The position numbers were made by a program, and so were the translations under genes. The notes beneath the pieces were generated by a model that saw only the letters and a program-made list of their open reading frames with translations, was not told where the DNA came from and ran no database searches. A DNA stretch of 64,000 nt from a virus: positions 9,197-73,196 of IMG/VR virus record IMGVR_UViG_3300020596_000023; one strand, given 5' to 3'. Positions 17,003 through 27,900 of the stretch are shown here, piece by piece (within the stretch, counting starts at the first letter, position 1; each line of letters begins with the position of its first letter).

Positions 17003-20000
17003 TTAGTAAGACCGCCTATTTAAAAACCAAGATAAAGCTTCTTCCATATCTCTATCCATATTCTTTAACAACACTGCTAAGTCTTCAATATTTTTATAAA
17101 TCTTAGTCTCATCTCTTCTTCGACCAGTTTGGTATCTTTCAAAATCTCCACCAGTTGCAAGACTATACCCATCTGCACCAAGCTGAGTTAGTAATATTAT
17201 CAATCTATTTACCATAGTTAAAGCAATACTAGGAGTTCTTAAAGTTGATAGCATCTCATTAGGATTTATAAAAGTTGTTAATTCTTTAAATCCTCTAATA
17301 GAGTAAAAACTAATTGTTACCAGTAAAGCTTTTACAGCTTCATCATCTTCATCTTCTTTCAAAGATGCTGCTGTCATGCCAAGTATGTACAAAGTTGTAG
17401 CAGTCATTAAATCTCTAGTAGTTTTCTTAAGATTCGATCTTTGCCAATCTTCTAACTTATTTACTTTGAGGTTTCTTAACTTATTGAGTTTACCTATACC
17501 TTGAAATGATAGTAGTTCCCATTTCAATATTTTAGCATCTCTGTACAATTCAGCTAATAGTCTTATGCTAGTTGTGTAATAACCTTCGTTGTAAACTCCT
17601 TGTGCTCTACTATAAAATTTATCATCTTCAATTAAAGCGTCATATGGAACTCTGGCTGAACCGAAGCTTCTGAATCTTCTATGAACACCTCTAGGAGCAA
17701 ACTTTCTTAATAGCATTATTAGTTGCCCCCACCAAGCTCTTTGAACCTCAGCCTTCATGTTAGGATTGTATTGACCTTGCAGATCGGCATTGACATCTTT
17801 AATTAACCGGCTTACATACAATTCAATCTCTTCCGATTCATTCTGGAAAGTTAAATCACCAGTCTTACTAGTATATACTACCTTTGGATTACGAATAAGC
17901 TTATTACCTTCTACAGTGTAAGCTTCGTCTAAAGTCATTGCTTTATCTACATCTTTAGTAGCATTGCCTTCTTTGTCAAGATAATTCTTATCTTTATCCA
18001 ATACTTTGATATTATTAAGCATTGCATAAGCAGCAGTTGATTGTAAGCCATGCTCTGCCATATTGGACATAAAGTGCAATCTACTACCCTTAAAGAATTG
18101 TAAAGCTCTAGTTGATTCTAAAAAATGACTACCTACGGCTCTCCAATCGGTCAAGATCGTAAACTTTTCATTTAATAAGTTAGTCTTGCTAGTTGATACT
18201 CGTTTGCCAATATCGTTCACAATATGCAAAGTATCACTGTAATACTTTACTTGAGCTTTTCTCAAATCTTTAGCATCAAAATGCCTACTAGCCGCAGCTT
18301 CTATAAAATTGTAGATGTTACCCGTCATTAAGTTTGTACCAGCAGAATAATAATTACCAACCAGTAATACATCAGCAGTGTACTTACTAATTGCATTAGC
18401 AAACTGGGACATTTTAAAGCTAGAACTAGTACTAAGACCATAAATTTTATCATCTATAAAAGATTCCAAAGCTTTATAAGAATTAGAATTTTTACCTTTT
18501 GACACAACAGGTCTAGGTATGGATTTACCAGTTAAAGCATCTATGTAAGATTTAACTCCTTCTAATGCAGATGGTGCAGTTTTGACTACATCTCTTTCTG
18601 CTATAGCAACTTTAACTAATTCCGCTGTAAATAGTATCTTAGATTTCTCCGAATAATTTTTAGCCATCTGGTAATTTAAGGCTAATATTGTAGGTATATC
18701 TAAGCTAGCTTCACCCTCTTTTGCTGAGAATCTGTAGTTAACTGGAACTCTTTTGTAAGGCTCACCTTTCTCATCAGTTAAAATAGAAACTTCACGATTA
18801 ATCTGTTTAATAGCCAGACTAGAAGTATCTGCTGTAACTCCTGTTCTATCTGAACCATAACCAGGCTCAGTTGCTTCATCTCTTTTGAATCGCCCAAATT
18901 TAGTCTTGACATAATTAAACAACCCTTGTTCACCTACAATTTCATATATGGATTGCTTGGCTACTGTAGGAAGTTTTACAACTCTTGTGCGAGTTGAACC
19001 TGATATTAACCGATCATATTCCAATAAGAATTTATCCGATTCAGCTATAATATTATAATAACTATCATAAGCTTTTTTCAAATTAGGATCATTCTGAACC
19101 TTAGACCAATTTGGATTCTTCCATTTATCAGTTGGCACTACTTCATCAAACTCATTCTTACCAGCTTTGATATATTCAGGTTTAAGAAAACTATCATACC
19201 ATTTAGCCTTAGGCTTTACTTTATGGTATTGTTTGTTATTGGTTTTAAGAATACTAAATACTGGTAATGGTATAGGATTGTTAGAGTTACTACCAATAAC
19301 ATCAGCTACTGTAGTTTTAGCACTAGCTCTAAAATTCTTGTTAGGTTCAAATACGACATTGTTTCTAAAAAAATCTTTAAGAGATTGTACAGTTGTATTA
19401 TTAACAGCATTCAGAAAAGCTTCAAAAGAATCTTTAACGTCTGTTAATAAACGATCCGATTCGGATGAGTCCCAATTAGGATTAGTTTGATAGTCTTTGA
19501 ACAATTTAGTTTTAGCTCTGTAATCTTTGTTCAAATTTTTAACGATAACATCTTTATTAATTTGCTTGTAATAATCTTTGTAAAAGACTTTGCTAATTAC
19601 ATCAGTAGTATTAAGATCGAGGAACTCTTGTTCTTTGCCAGATTGTTTAGCAGCTTTTCGTGCAGCAGTAAATTCAGATTGTTTAAACTGTCTAGTATAC
19701 ATGTCTTTGAACAATCCTTTGAAGTTCGATACAGCTATAGCTATTTCTAATTCCATACCATCTTTACGAATACCATCAGTATCGTAAATGCTAAAGACTT
19801 GATTATACTTAGCTTCAAGACCCGCAAGTAGCTTCGAGACTTCGGGGGGAAGACTTAATATATCAACTTTACCATTTTCTTTAAATGGTCTTAGTAAAGC
19901 TGCTCTTTCTTGTCTATAACTTAGAAAAATTTGTTCAGCTTCTGGGTATTGTTTTAGATAGTCTAATACCTTATAGTACTCATTAGTAAAAGGACTGTCA

Positions 20001-21958
20001 AAATTGTTTCTGCTAAACTCTTCTGCAAGTATTCTTAACTCGTTTGGATCATTCTCTGATCCAGTCCGTAAAGCTTCGTAATACCTAGACCACAAATCTT
20101 TTTGAATAGAAAATACTTGTGGGTAGTACTCAGTAGTTAAATAAGCTTCTTTGCCTTTCGTAGTTACAAACTCACCAGTTTCTTCATTATAAGCTATTTT
20201 AGGTACAAGCAACTCATCATACTTGTTAGCTTGATTTAATGTATCTCTTACATTCTTTTCATAATCAATTGTAATAGAATATAATTCTTTATAAACTTCC
20301 GTAGTAGCAGTATCTACAGCATAGTCAGCACGATCAATCATTTCAGAAACAATCTGAATTAAATCATCATTTAAGGCGTTTCTATCTAAGAACATTCGTT
20401 CAAAGAAGGATATGTCATTAGGAGAACTTTGAAGCAGACTTGATACTCTTTCAGCCTCTTCTTGCAATATTCTTTTTCTATTAGACTTTAATCTGCTAGC
20501 CACAAATTTCTTACGGTTTTCGTTGTAAGCGCGTTTTGTAGCATCCTTTTTATCAGCTTCTTTTAATTCCTTTCTATGAGCATTGTCATATTCTAATTGA
20601 TATTGGCTTTCGTACTTAGCGCTGATTCTACCTTTACCCTTCTCTATTAATTTTTGAGATAAAAACATTGTACTGATCTTATTAACCTTAGCTTTTACAG
20701 ATAGGTTTCTAGCAAGCAAATCAGCCATATAAGACTTGACAGTTTTAAACTTCCTTAAATTTTCATCACCAGCAAATAAATCTTGAAGCTCTTTAGCAAA
20801 TTCAGTATCGTCTGACATTAATACTTGAACGTCTTCAAGATTATCAAAGACCCCTACGTATTGATAAAGCCTGTACAAGCTTTCATCCGTAACGCTAGAT
20901 TCATTTAATAAACTTAACTCTAACTTATTTATACGAGTTTCAACCAACCCAATCTGATTAGACATTTCTGCAATAAATCCTAATATTGCATTGACATTAT
21001 GACTAGTTTTGTATTGTTCAAATAACTTCCTAAGATTTTCTAAATGAACATAGGAAGTTGAATTAGTCTTTTGAGCTTCTGTTAAGTTTGAAAAATAAAT
21101 CTTAATCTTTTTTTCAATAGAAGTTTTTAGCTTAGCAGTGAGTTCTACTAATGGCTTTAGTATTCCTTTAGCAAATCTCTGATCTAACATTCTTGTTTTT
21201 CTAACACCTCTCAAAACTTTGACAAGCTCGCTTAAATCAGTATTAGTTAAATATGTATTTAAAAAGTCTTTTGATTCTGTTGGAGTAATGTTAAAAGTCT
21301 CTGCTATGTAATCCACTACTTTATTATAGAATACATCCCATTCAGGTGTATCTCTAAAATCCTCATTAGATAAAGCCAACATTAATAATTCATTATTAAA
21401 GTCTTTAGGACTTATTGAATCATAGACCTTACTCAACAAATCATTTAATGGTGTCTTTTCTGCCAGATTAATGCCAGCTGCTCTTAAATTTTCTGGTAAG
21501 ATTGATAAAGCAATTAAACCAGTACGACTGTTAGATTCAATCTCATTTATGTAATCTAAGTCTATAATAACATCAATACCAATCTCATCAATAGTTCCAA
21601 TTAAGCCAGAGTTATTGGGTTTGGTCACAGCTGCTTGAATTGGTTCAATTTTGTTAGTTACTTCAGAAACTTTGACTTTACTAGAAAGACTACTCAATAC
21701 ACCAAAGACATTTGCTATAGTAATCTTAGAAGTATTTGATTTAGGTCTTACTACATCAGATAGACCTAATTTAACCAATTCAGCCAATTCAACTTCACCA
21801 TTAGCATCCAATGGTATGTTTGGATAAGAATCTAAAAAGGCTTGAGATGTACTAACATCCCAAACCTTAGCAGCTATATTAGAACCATAAAGCTTTTTCA
21901 GCTTATCGTACAATTGACTTGGTTCTCCACTCTTATTAAAAAAGTTACAACTCACCAT
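17003..21958 (-). CDS. large virion ejection/cargo protein (crAss-like)
   Basis: 1651 aa, helical, hydrophobic segments near the C-terminus; directly downstream of the virion RNAP as in crAss-like phages. Confidence 0.7.
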   Translation of the reverse strand: MVSCNFFNKSGEPSQLYDKLKKLYGSNIAAKVWDVSTSQAFLDSYPNIPLDANGEVELAELVKLGLSDVVRPKSNTSKITIANVFGVLSSLSSKVKVSEVTNKIEPIQAAVTKPNNSGLIGTIDEIGIDVIIDLDYINEIESNSRTGLIALSILPENLRAAGINLAEKTPLNDLLSKVYDSISPKDFNNELLMLALSNEDFRDTPEWDVFYNKVVDYIAETFNITPTESKDFLNTYLTNTDLSELVKVLRGVRKTRMLDQRFAKGILKPLVELTAKLKTSIEKKIKIYFSNLTEAQKTNSTSYVHLENLRKLFEQYKTSHNVNAILGFIAEMSNQIGLVETRINKLELSLLNESSVTDESLYRLYQYVGVFDNLEDVQVLMSDDTEFAKELQDLFAGDENLRKFKTVKSYMADLLARNLSVKAKVNKISTMFLSQKLIEKGKGRISAKYESQYQLEYDNAHRKELKEADKKDATKRAYNENRKKFVASRLKSNRKRILQEEAERVSSLLQSSPNDISFFERMFLDRNALNDDLIQIVSEMIDRADYAVDTATTEVYKELYSITIDYEKNVRDTLNQANKYDELLVPKIAYNEETGEFVTTKGKEAYLTTEYYPQVFSIQKDLWSRYYEALRTGSENDPNELRILAEEFSRNNFDSPFTNEYYKVLDYLKQYPEAEQIFLSYRQERAALLRPFKENGKVDILSLPPEVSKLLAGLEAKYNQVFSIYDTDGIRKDGMELEIAIAVSNFKGLFKDMYTRQFKQSEFTAARKAAKQSGKEQEFLDLNTTDVISKVFYKDYYKQINKDVIVKNLNKDYRAKTKLFKDYQTNPNWDSSESDRLLTDVKDSFEAFLNAVNNTTVQSLKDFFRNNVVFEPNKNFRASAKTTVADVIGSNSNNPIPLPVFSILKTNNKQYHKVKPKAKWYDSFLKPEYIKAGKNEFDEVVPTDKWKNPNWSKVQNDPNLKKAYDSYYNIIAESDKFLLEYDRLISGSTRTRVVKLPTVAKQSIYEIVGEQGLFNYVKTKFGRFKRDEATEPGYGSDRTGVTADTSSLAIKQINREVSILTDEKGEPYKRVPVNYRFSAKEGEASLDIPTILALNYQMAKNYSEKSKILFTAELVKVAIAERDVVKTAPSALEGVKSYIDALTGKSIPRPVVSKGKNSNSYKALESFIDDKIYGLSTSSSFKMSQFANAISKYTADVLLVGNYYSAGTNLMTGNIYNFIEAAASRHFDAKDLRKAQVKYYSDTLHIVNDIGKRVSTSKTNLLNEKFTILTDWRAVGSHFLESTRALQFFKGSRLHFMSNMAEHGLQSTAAYAMLNNIKVLDKDKNYLDKEGNATKDVDKAMTLDEAYTVEGNKLIRNPKVVYTSKTGDLTFQNESEEIELYVSRLIKDVNADLQGQYNPNMKAEVQRAWWGQLIMLLRKFAPRGVHRRFRSFGSARVPYDALIEDDKFYSRAQGVYNEGYYTTSIRLLAELYRDAKILKWELLSFQGIGKLNKLRNLKVNKLEDWQRSNLKKTTRDLMTATTLYILGMTAASLKEDEDDEAVKALLVTISFYSIRGFKELTTFINPNEMLSTLRTPSIALTMVNRLIILLTQLGADGYSLATGGDFERYQTGRRRDETKIYKNIEDLAVLLKNMDRDMEEALSWFLNRRSY

Positions 21959-21968
21959 TGTGTTTTAT

Positions 21969-24900
21969 TTAACAGGTAACAGCATCTTCATCATAAGAAT
22001 CCAATCTTGAGCTATCACCAATATCTTCTATATTTCCAGAGTACTGATTCATGTAGCTAAAGAAAGCATTCTGTTCTGGTATTACACTAAATTGCCCAGA
22101 CTCAGTTTTAATATAACCATTGCTTAATCTATTCACAGGTGTAAACCAAAATACGTCATCTACTTTGGCAACACTTGTTTGGATTATCTCAGTAGTATTA
22201 CCATCCTTTATAATAAAGGTATAGAAGTTAGGATTAAATCCTAATTCTTTCTTTTTAGCCTTGCTTAGACTGAATGTATTCATACCATTTATATCTCTAA
22301 AAGCATCTCCTTCTGGTAATGTATTCTTATTGATAAAGTTAATCTTAGAAAGCTTAGGATCTTTCCAACCATTACGACCAGCTAAATCAATTAAACCTTC
22401 ATAAGTTATTTCTAGTTCAGTTAATCCAAACTTAGAAGCTTGTTGTAAGCCATCTAACCAACCTCTTGTTAGTAATTCAGTAACAGGTATGTAATTACCA
22501 AAGCTATTACCAGAGAATGCAAAACCTTGAGTTATATAATTATACTTAATTAAATCTTCACCTAAATCTTTCAGAAACTCACTGTTTGAATTAAGTAAAG
22601 CTGCAAAGCTATCAGTTAGATAAGTATCTAAACCATCACTAAGATGAGGCTTATCAAATTTAATTTCATAGAAACTCTTAAGATTAAAATCACCTTCACT
22701 AATCTTTGGTGATAAATGATATAAGATATTAGTTTCTGAAATTGACTCTCTTAACTTGTACTTAATAAACCAGAGTTTATTAGCTGTTGATAACTGCTTA
22801 AACTCATCTATGTCCATTTTAGTATTAGTATTAGGGACAGCTTTTAGAATCCTAGAGATTTCCACATCAGTCATATCGTTTCGCAATAAGCTGAATGAAG
22901 CAACTTCTACAATTTTCTTGTGGACTTCCGGAGAATACTTTGTTCCGTATGTATTAGCTGCTGTAAGCACCTCACCCTTTAAATCCAAGAAGTACTTATC
23001 TAATACCCTCAAATATGCTTCCATGTTGTCTCTATAAGTCTTAATAGACTTATAAGCATCTGTAGTATCCAGTACAGTTCTAACGTCTCTAGCTTCATCA
23101 CCATACATGGAATATACAGTAGAATCAGAAGCATTTAGACTGTCATAGCTGTCTATGGATTTAAACAATTCAGGAATATTAGTAGCTTTGGTTCTATCAG
23201 GTGTAGTACCATCCATGACTTTTTTATAGTCGTAATTTATCTTAGTTAATCTATTCCAAGTTTTATATAAGCCAAGTTGATACAAGTATTGATTTTCAGC
23301 TTTTTGCAATTCCGCTATACTGGCTTTAGCAAACGACTTAGGTTTTTCATTCTTAAAGTAAAGAATAGAAGCTTCCATTTCTGCACTATTCAAGTCTACT
23401 GCCGGTATATCTTTATAAGCTACGTAAGGAGTATTGGTCAGCTTAGAAATATCTTTTAAAGCTTTCATATAAGCTTTAACAGGATCAACGGCTTTACCAT
23501 TATAAATCATGCTATTCTGAGATGCACTGTAAGCTCTCATAATTACAGGTTGAATCAGAAGCAAAGAAGCTTCTTTTAATGGTATGCCTAAAGTGCGCAT
23601 CAGCATATAGTTTGAAGCCGTAGCTAAATTCAGGTTCAATAATGTTCCTTCTTTTACTATATCCAAAACGTTAGCTAAGGTCTTAGCCAATCCGATAGAA
23701 ATTAAATCTCCATTAGGATCAGTAAAGTCTTGATTGTTCCAACCAAACTGCTTGTGGTTAATTGTGGCTTTGTTACCTTCAACAGCAACCTGCCCATACT
23801 TATCTTGCAAGTCTTTTAAATCGTATTTAGACAAATCGTAAGAAACCCCGATTAGTTCTGTAGTAGCTAACTTCAATTTCTGTACAATCGGAATCATACT
23901 ATTATAAACTGCTGCAATACCTTTAAGATGTGTACCCATCATGTTAGTAGAACGAAGTTTGTCTTGTGCAGCCAAGCTATTATGATTCTGACCATCCTCT
24001 ACTATATTCAGTAACTTCTTTTGTTCTCTAATAACTACCTTAATTTCTTCCACAGAAGACGGAACAATATGTTCTTCTATTTGAGAAGGATGTTCTATAA
24101 TAGCTTTGTAACTGTCAAAGATAAAGTTGTTTAGTTCTTTGTTATCCCAATCTTTAACAGGTTTAGCTAAGTTGTACTTGATTGGATTGTTTTCTTTATC
24201 CAAATATTGGAAGAGCAAGTATTCGCTATCTACGTCAAAATCATGGCCTGTCTGAGCTACTAATGCTGCTGGCAATACAATAGTGCTACCCACAGCTTCC
24301 GGTAAGAATCCAACTACTTTTAATGACAAAAAGCTATACTTACCTTCAAGAGGCGTTCTATGTCCTAGAATATTTCTAGCTTCTTCTGGTAACTCATTAA
24401 TGTTAATCCTCTGACCATTTTCAAAAAACTTGCTAGTCCAAGCGGGTAGTAAACACTCAGTTTCTATATACTTACTTTTACCATCAGAAACTATTGATTG
24501 TTTCAGATTGATTTTACCAGTAGCCTTAATTCGTTCTACGATTTCAGTAGTAAAGCTCGTTGTATCAATACTATCAGTATCAATAAAACTACTAATAAAC
24601 GAATCAGACAATAATGTAGCATGACCACCGGCTATTGGAATCTTAATACCTTTCTGAATAAAAAGACTAATTAGTAAGCTTTGAAACTTATTACTAAAGC
24701 TTGGTATAGCTAAAGAAATAACAAAGTTATCACCAGCTTCATTGATTTTTAATAAGTCCTTATAATGATGCGGAAGATTGTTTTTATTCATGTAATCTTC
24801 CAGAATTACAGCTACATTTTTAGGATCACTGATAGATTTAATTAATTCATTAGTACCTTTTGTAGATAATTCTGAGAACACTGATTGAATCTTTTCATGC

Positions 24901-27900
24901 AGTTCTTTACCAGTAAATGTGTTACCCTTAATATCAAATTCAACAGCATCAGGTATATTACTGAATAAAACTTTTTTAGCTTGAATTGATAACGGATTCG
25001 TGGTGTCTTTCAAATGTTCTGGAACATCCAATTGTACACCCCATTGCTCATTGTCTAATTCAAGTACATTCAGATTAGCAATAGTAAGTTCGTTAGAACT
25101 TAAATTTTCTAAGCTTACTGTAGACACCCGTTTGTTGCCAACCTTAACAGCAGATTTGGTATAAATGTGAGATAAGTCTTTAGGGGCAACAGCTAATAAT
25201 TGTTCTAATACTGTACCTTTAATTAAACCCGGAATCAATATTTGTACAGATGTTTTAATTTGTACATTCTCCATCGTATTAGTAACACTGTTATAAGATC
25301 TATTAGCATAGTAAGGCTTTAATACCTGAAGTACTTCTTTCAAATACTTATCGTTGTAGTCCCTACCAGCCCTAAGATCAGCTATAAGCTTTTGCATAGT
25401 CTTACCACGAATACCCCGATCTTGTAAATACTTTTCAAAAAAGTCCAGTGTGATGAAACCTTGCCCATCTGTAGAATTTACAGATAAGTATGGAGACATC
25501 TTATTATAAACATCTTGTTCTAACGCATTTTTAATTCCTGAACCAAATGCAACAGAATGGTCATAGCTTAAACTTGTATATTTCTTATTAGAGACTTGTA
25601 AAGCTTTAGCTAAGTTAACACTGTTTGGCTCTAGGGTGTCAGGTGTTATTATAACATCTGGCACAACTATATACTTACTACGTTTACCTCGATGCTTAGT
25701 TGAAAGATATTGGGTAGGTGAAATTAATTGCTTAGATCGTTTATTGTGATCTGTTATACTTTTGTATTCAGAATTATTACCATTAAATAAACTAGCAATC
25801 TCTTGTTGAGCTATAAAGTTATTTAGAACAAACTCATAAATCATATCAGATTCATTACTGTAAGAAGATTTCTTAACATCTTCTTTGAGATCACTAGCTA
25901 TAGCAGAATAGAGGTTAAAGCTTTGAGCTACTTCAACCTTTACAAAGTTATTTATGAACTTATCCAGCAATCTACGTTTGTTTGGAGATAAAGTAGAAGT
26001 ATCATAAACTCCATTATAAAATATAGACAATGGAAAAGCTAGCTTAGATTCTTCACCTTTAAAAACTAACTGGTCTTTTTCATCCAATCCTATAATATCG
26101 CTAATCTTTCTAACTTTACCTTTTTCCGTATAAGTCAAAGACAAAGTTTGAAATACTTGACCAGTTGGTAATCCATCAGCATCTATTATAATAGGATTGT
26201 TATTATCATCTACAGATTTGTAGTGATGATTTACAAGAAGTTGATCTTTGACTTCATCAGATAGAATCGTAGTATCTGCAAATAATAACAGTCTAGCATT
26301 ATCAGCTTTTCTTAAATCATGATAGATTATATTTAGTAAAGCATTCTTTAACGGAGTATTATCAATCAATTCCCCATTAACAATTCCATTATATTTAGGA
26401 GCTTTAATTACAGCTTGATTGCTACTATCTGATAAGGTTGGTAAACTGTAATAGCCATAAGCTTTTTCCTTTAAGTATAGAGCAAGCTTAGAAGCAGACC
26501 AATCTAAATCAGTAACACCATCATACATTTTACCTGTAAATGTATCAGCATCGGTAATTCCATTAAACCAATAGAATTTAAAGTTTTTAGCATTATTGTC
26601 TTTCAAATCCATAGTCTTGAAGTCAACAATCGCATTCAACCAGTTACTGTACTTCAAAGCATTGTCTTGTAGATAAGTTTGAACCATATCTACAATAGTA
26701 TTATAAGCGTTCATTTTATTTATAGTACGCTTATTAAATACCTGAGCTAATCTGCTAAAGAATTTATTTATAAACAAAGGCTTCTGCAAAGCATATTGCA
26801 AAGTTCGTTCAGCATTGTAAAAGCTTGGCTCTTTTAGATCTAAAAACACTTCTTCAAAGAATGCAGCAATTTCACCAACTCGTCCTTGCTCATCAAACGT
26901 AATCTTATCATGAATCAGAGTTTGATTAAACAATTCTTCGCCAAGCTTAAATATAGCTGCTCTAATTCTTTCAGCTATTTCAGGTTTAGTTCTAGTCTTA
27001 ACTTCACTTTTTTCAAAGTATGTCGTATTACCAACAGCATCCAAAGCTAAATCTAATTGAGGCTTTGTTATAGTAATGCCTAAAGCTCTAAGCATGGATA
27101 ACATATCTTTCTTAGTAGCAGAATCTACACGATCTTTGCTTTTACTCAAAGCTTGTCTAACTTTAATATTCCATTCACGAAACTTCTGAATCTTAGCAGA
27201 AGTAATCAAGCTTTTTCCTTTATTGCTATTGTAAGATTCTACTACAACTTTAACAGCATCGGCCATACTATTAGTAAGTCTGTAACTAATAGTAGGAACT
27301 CGTAATGCTAAAGTTTTATCAGTAGTATGAGTTAATTGAATTGAATTAACTTTAGGCTTATTGAAAGTTGTAAACAACTTCTCTTGGTATTCCTCATCAG
27401 TTTTAAGTCTTTGATAAATTAAAGCAAAGCTTGGATTCAATTTAGCTAACTCTAATATTTTAGACATCATTTCATCGATGTCAATAGAATCTGCTAATTG
27501 CGTACTAAGACTACTGTAGATTATAGAGAAGTTTTCTACTTCTGGCAATTCCGCTAAGTTGTCTTTACTTGGCACGAAACTGAATATAGGGTTTCCCGAA
27601 GCGTCAAAAGTAAACTTAAACGAACTAATTTTCTCAGTTGTCATTAAGAATCGCTTCAATTCAAAATCAACCGTAGCTTTAGAACTTACTTTAGTCTGAG
27701 ATGCATCATCCCAAAGCTTACTCATTTGTTGTCGGGTTAAAGCCGATGTATCAATATTTTCATCAGAGCTTACATCAACTTTAAGGTTGTTCTTAACATA
27801 TTCTACAACTTTACTCCAATAAGTGTTATCGTTAGAATCTAACAGATTCATCAGATAAGTTGTAGTTTTATAGGCTATAGAATCTTCGTCTTTACCAATT

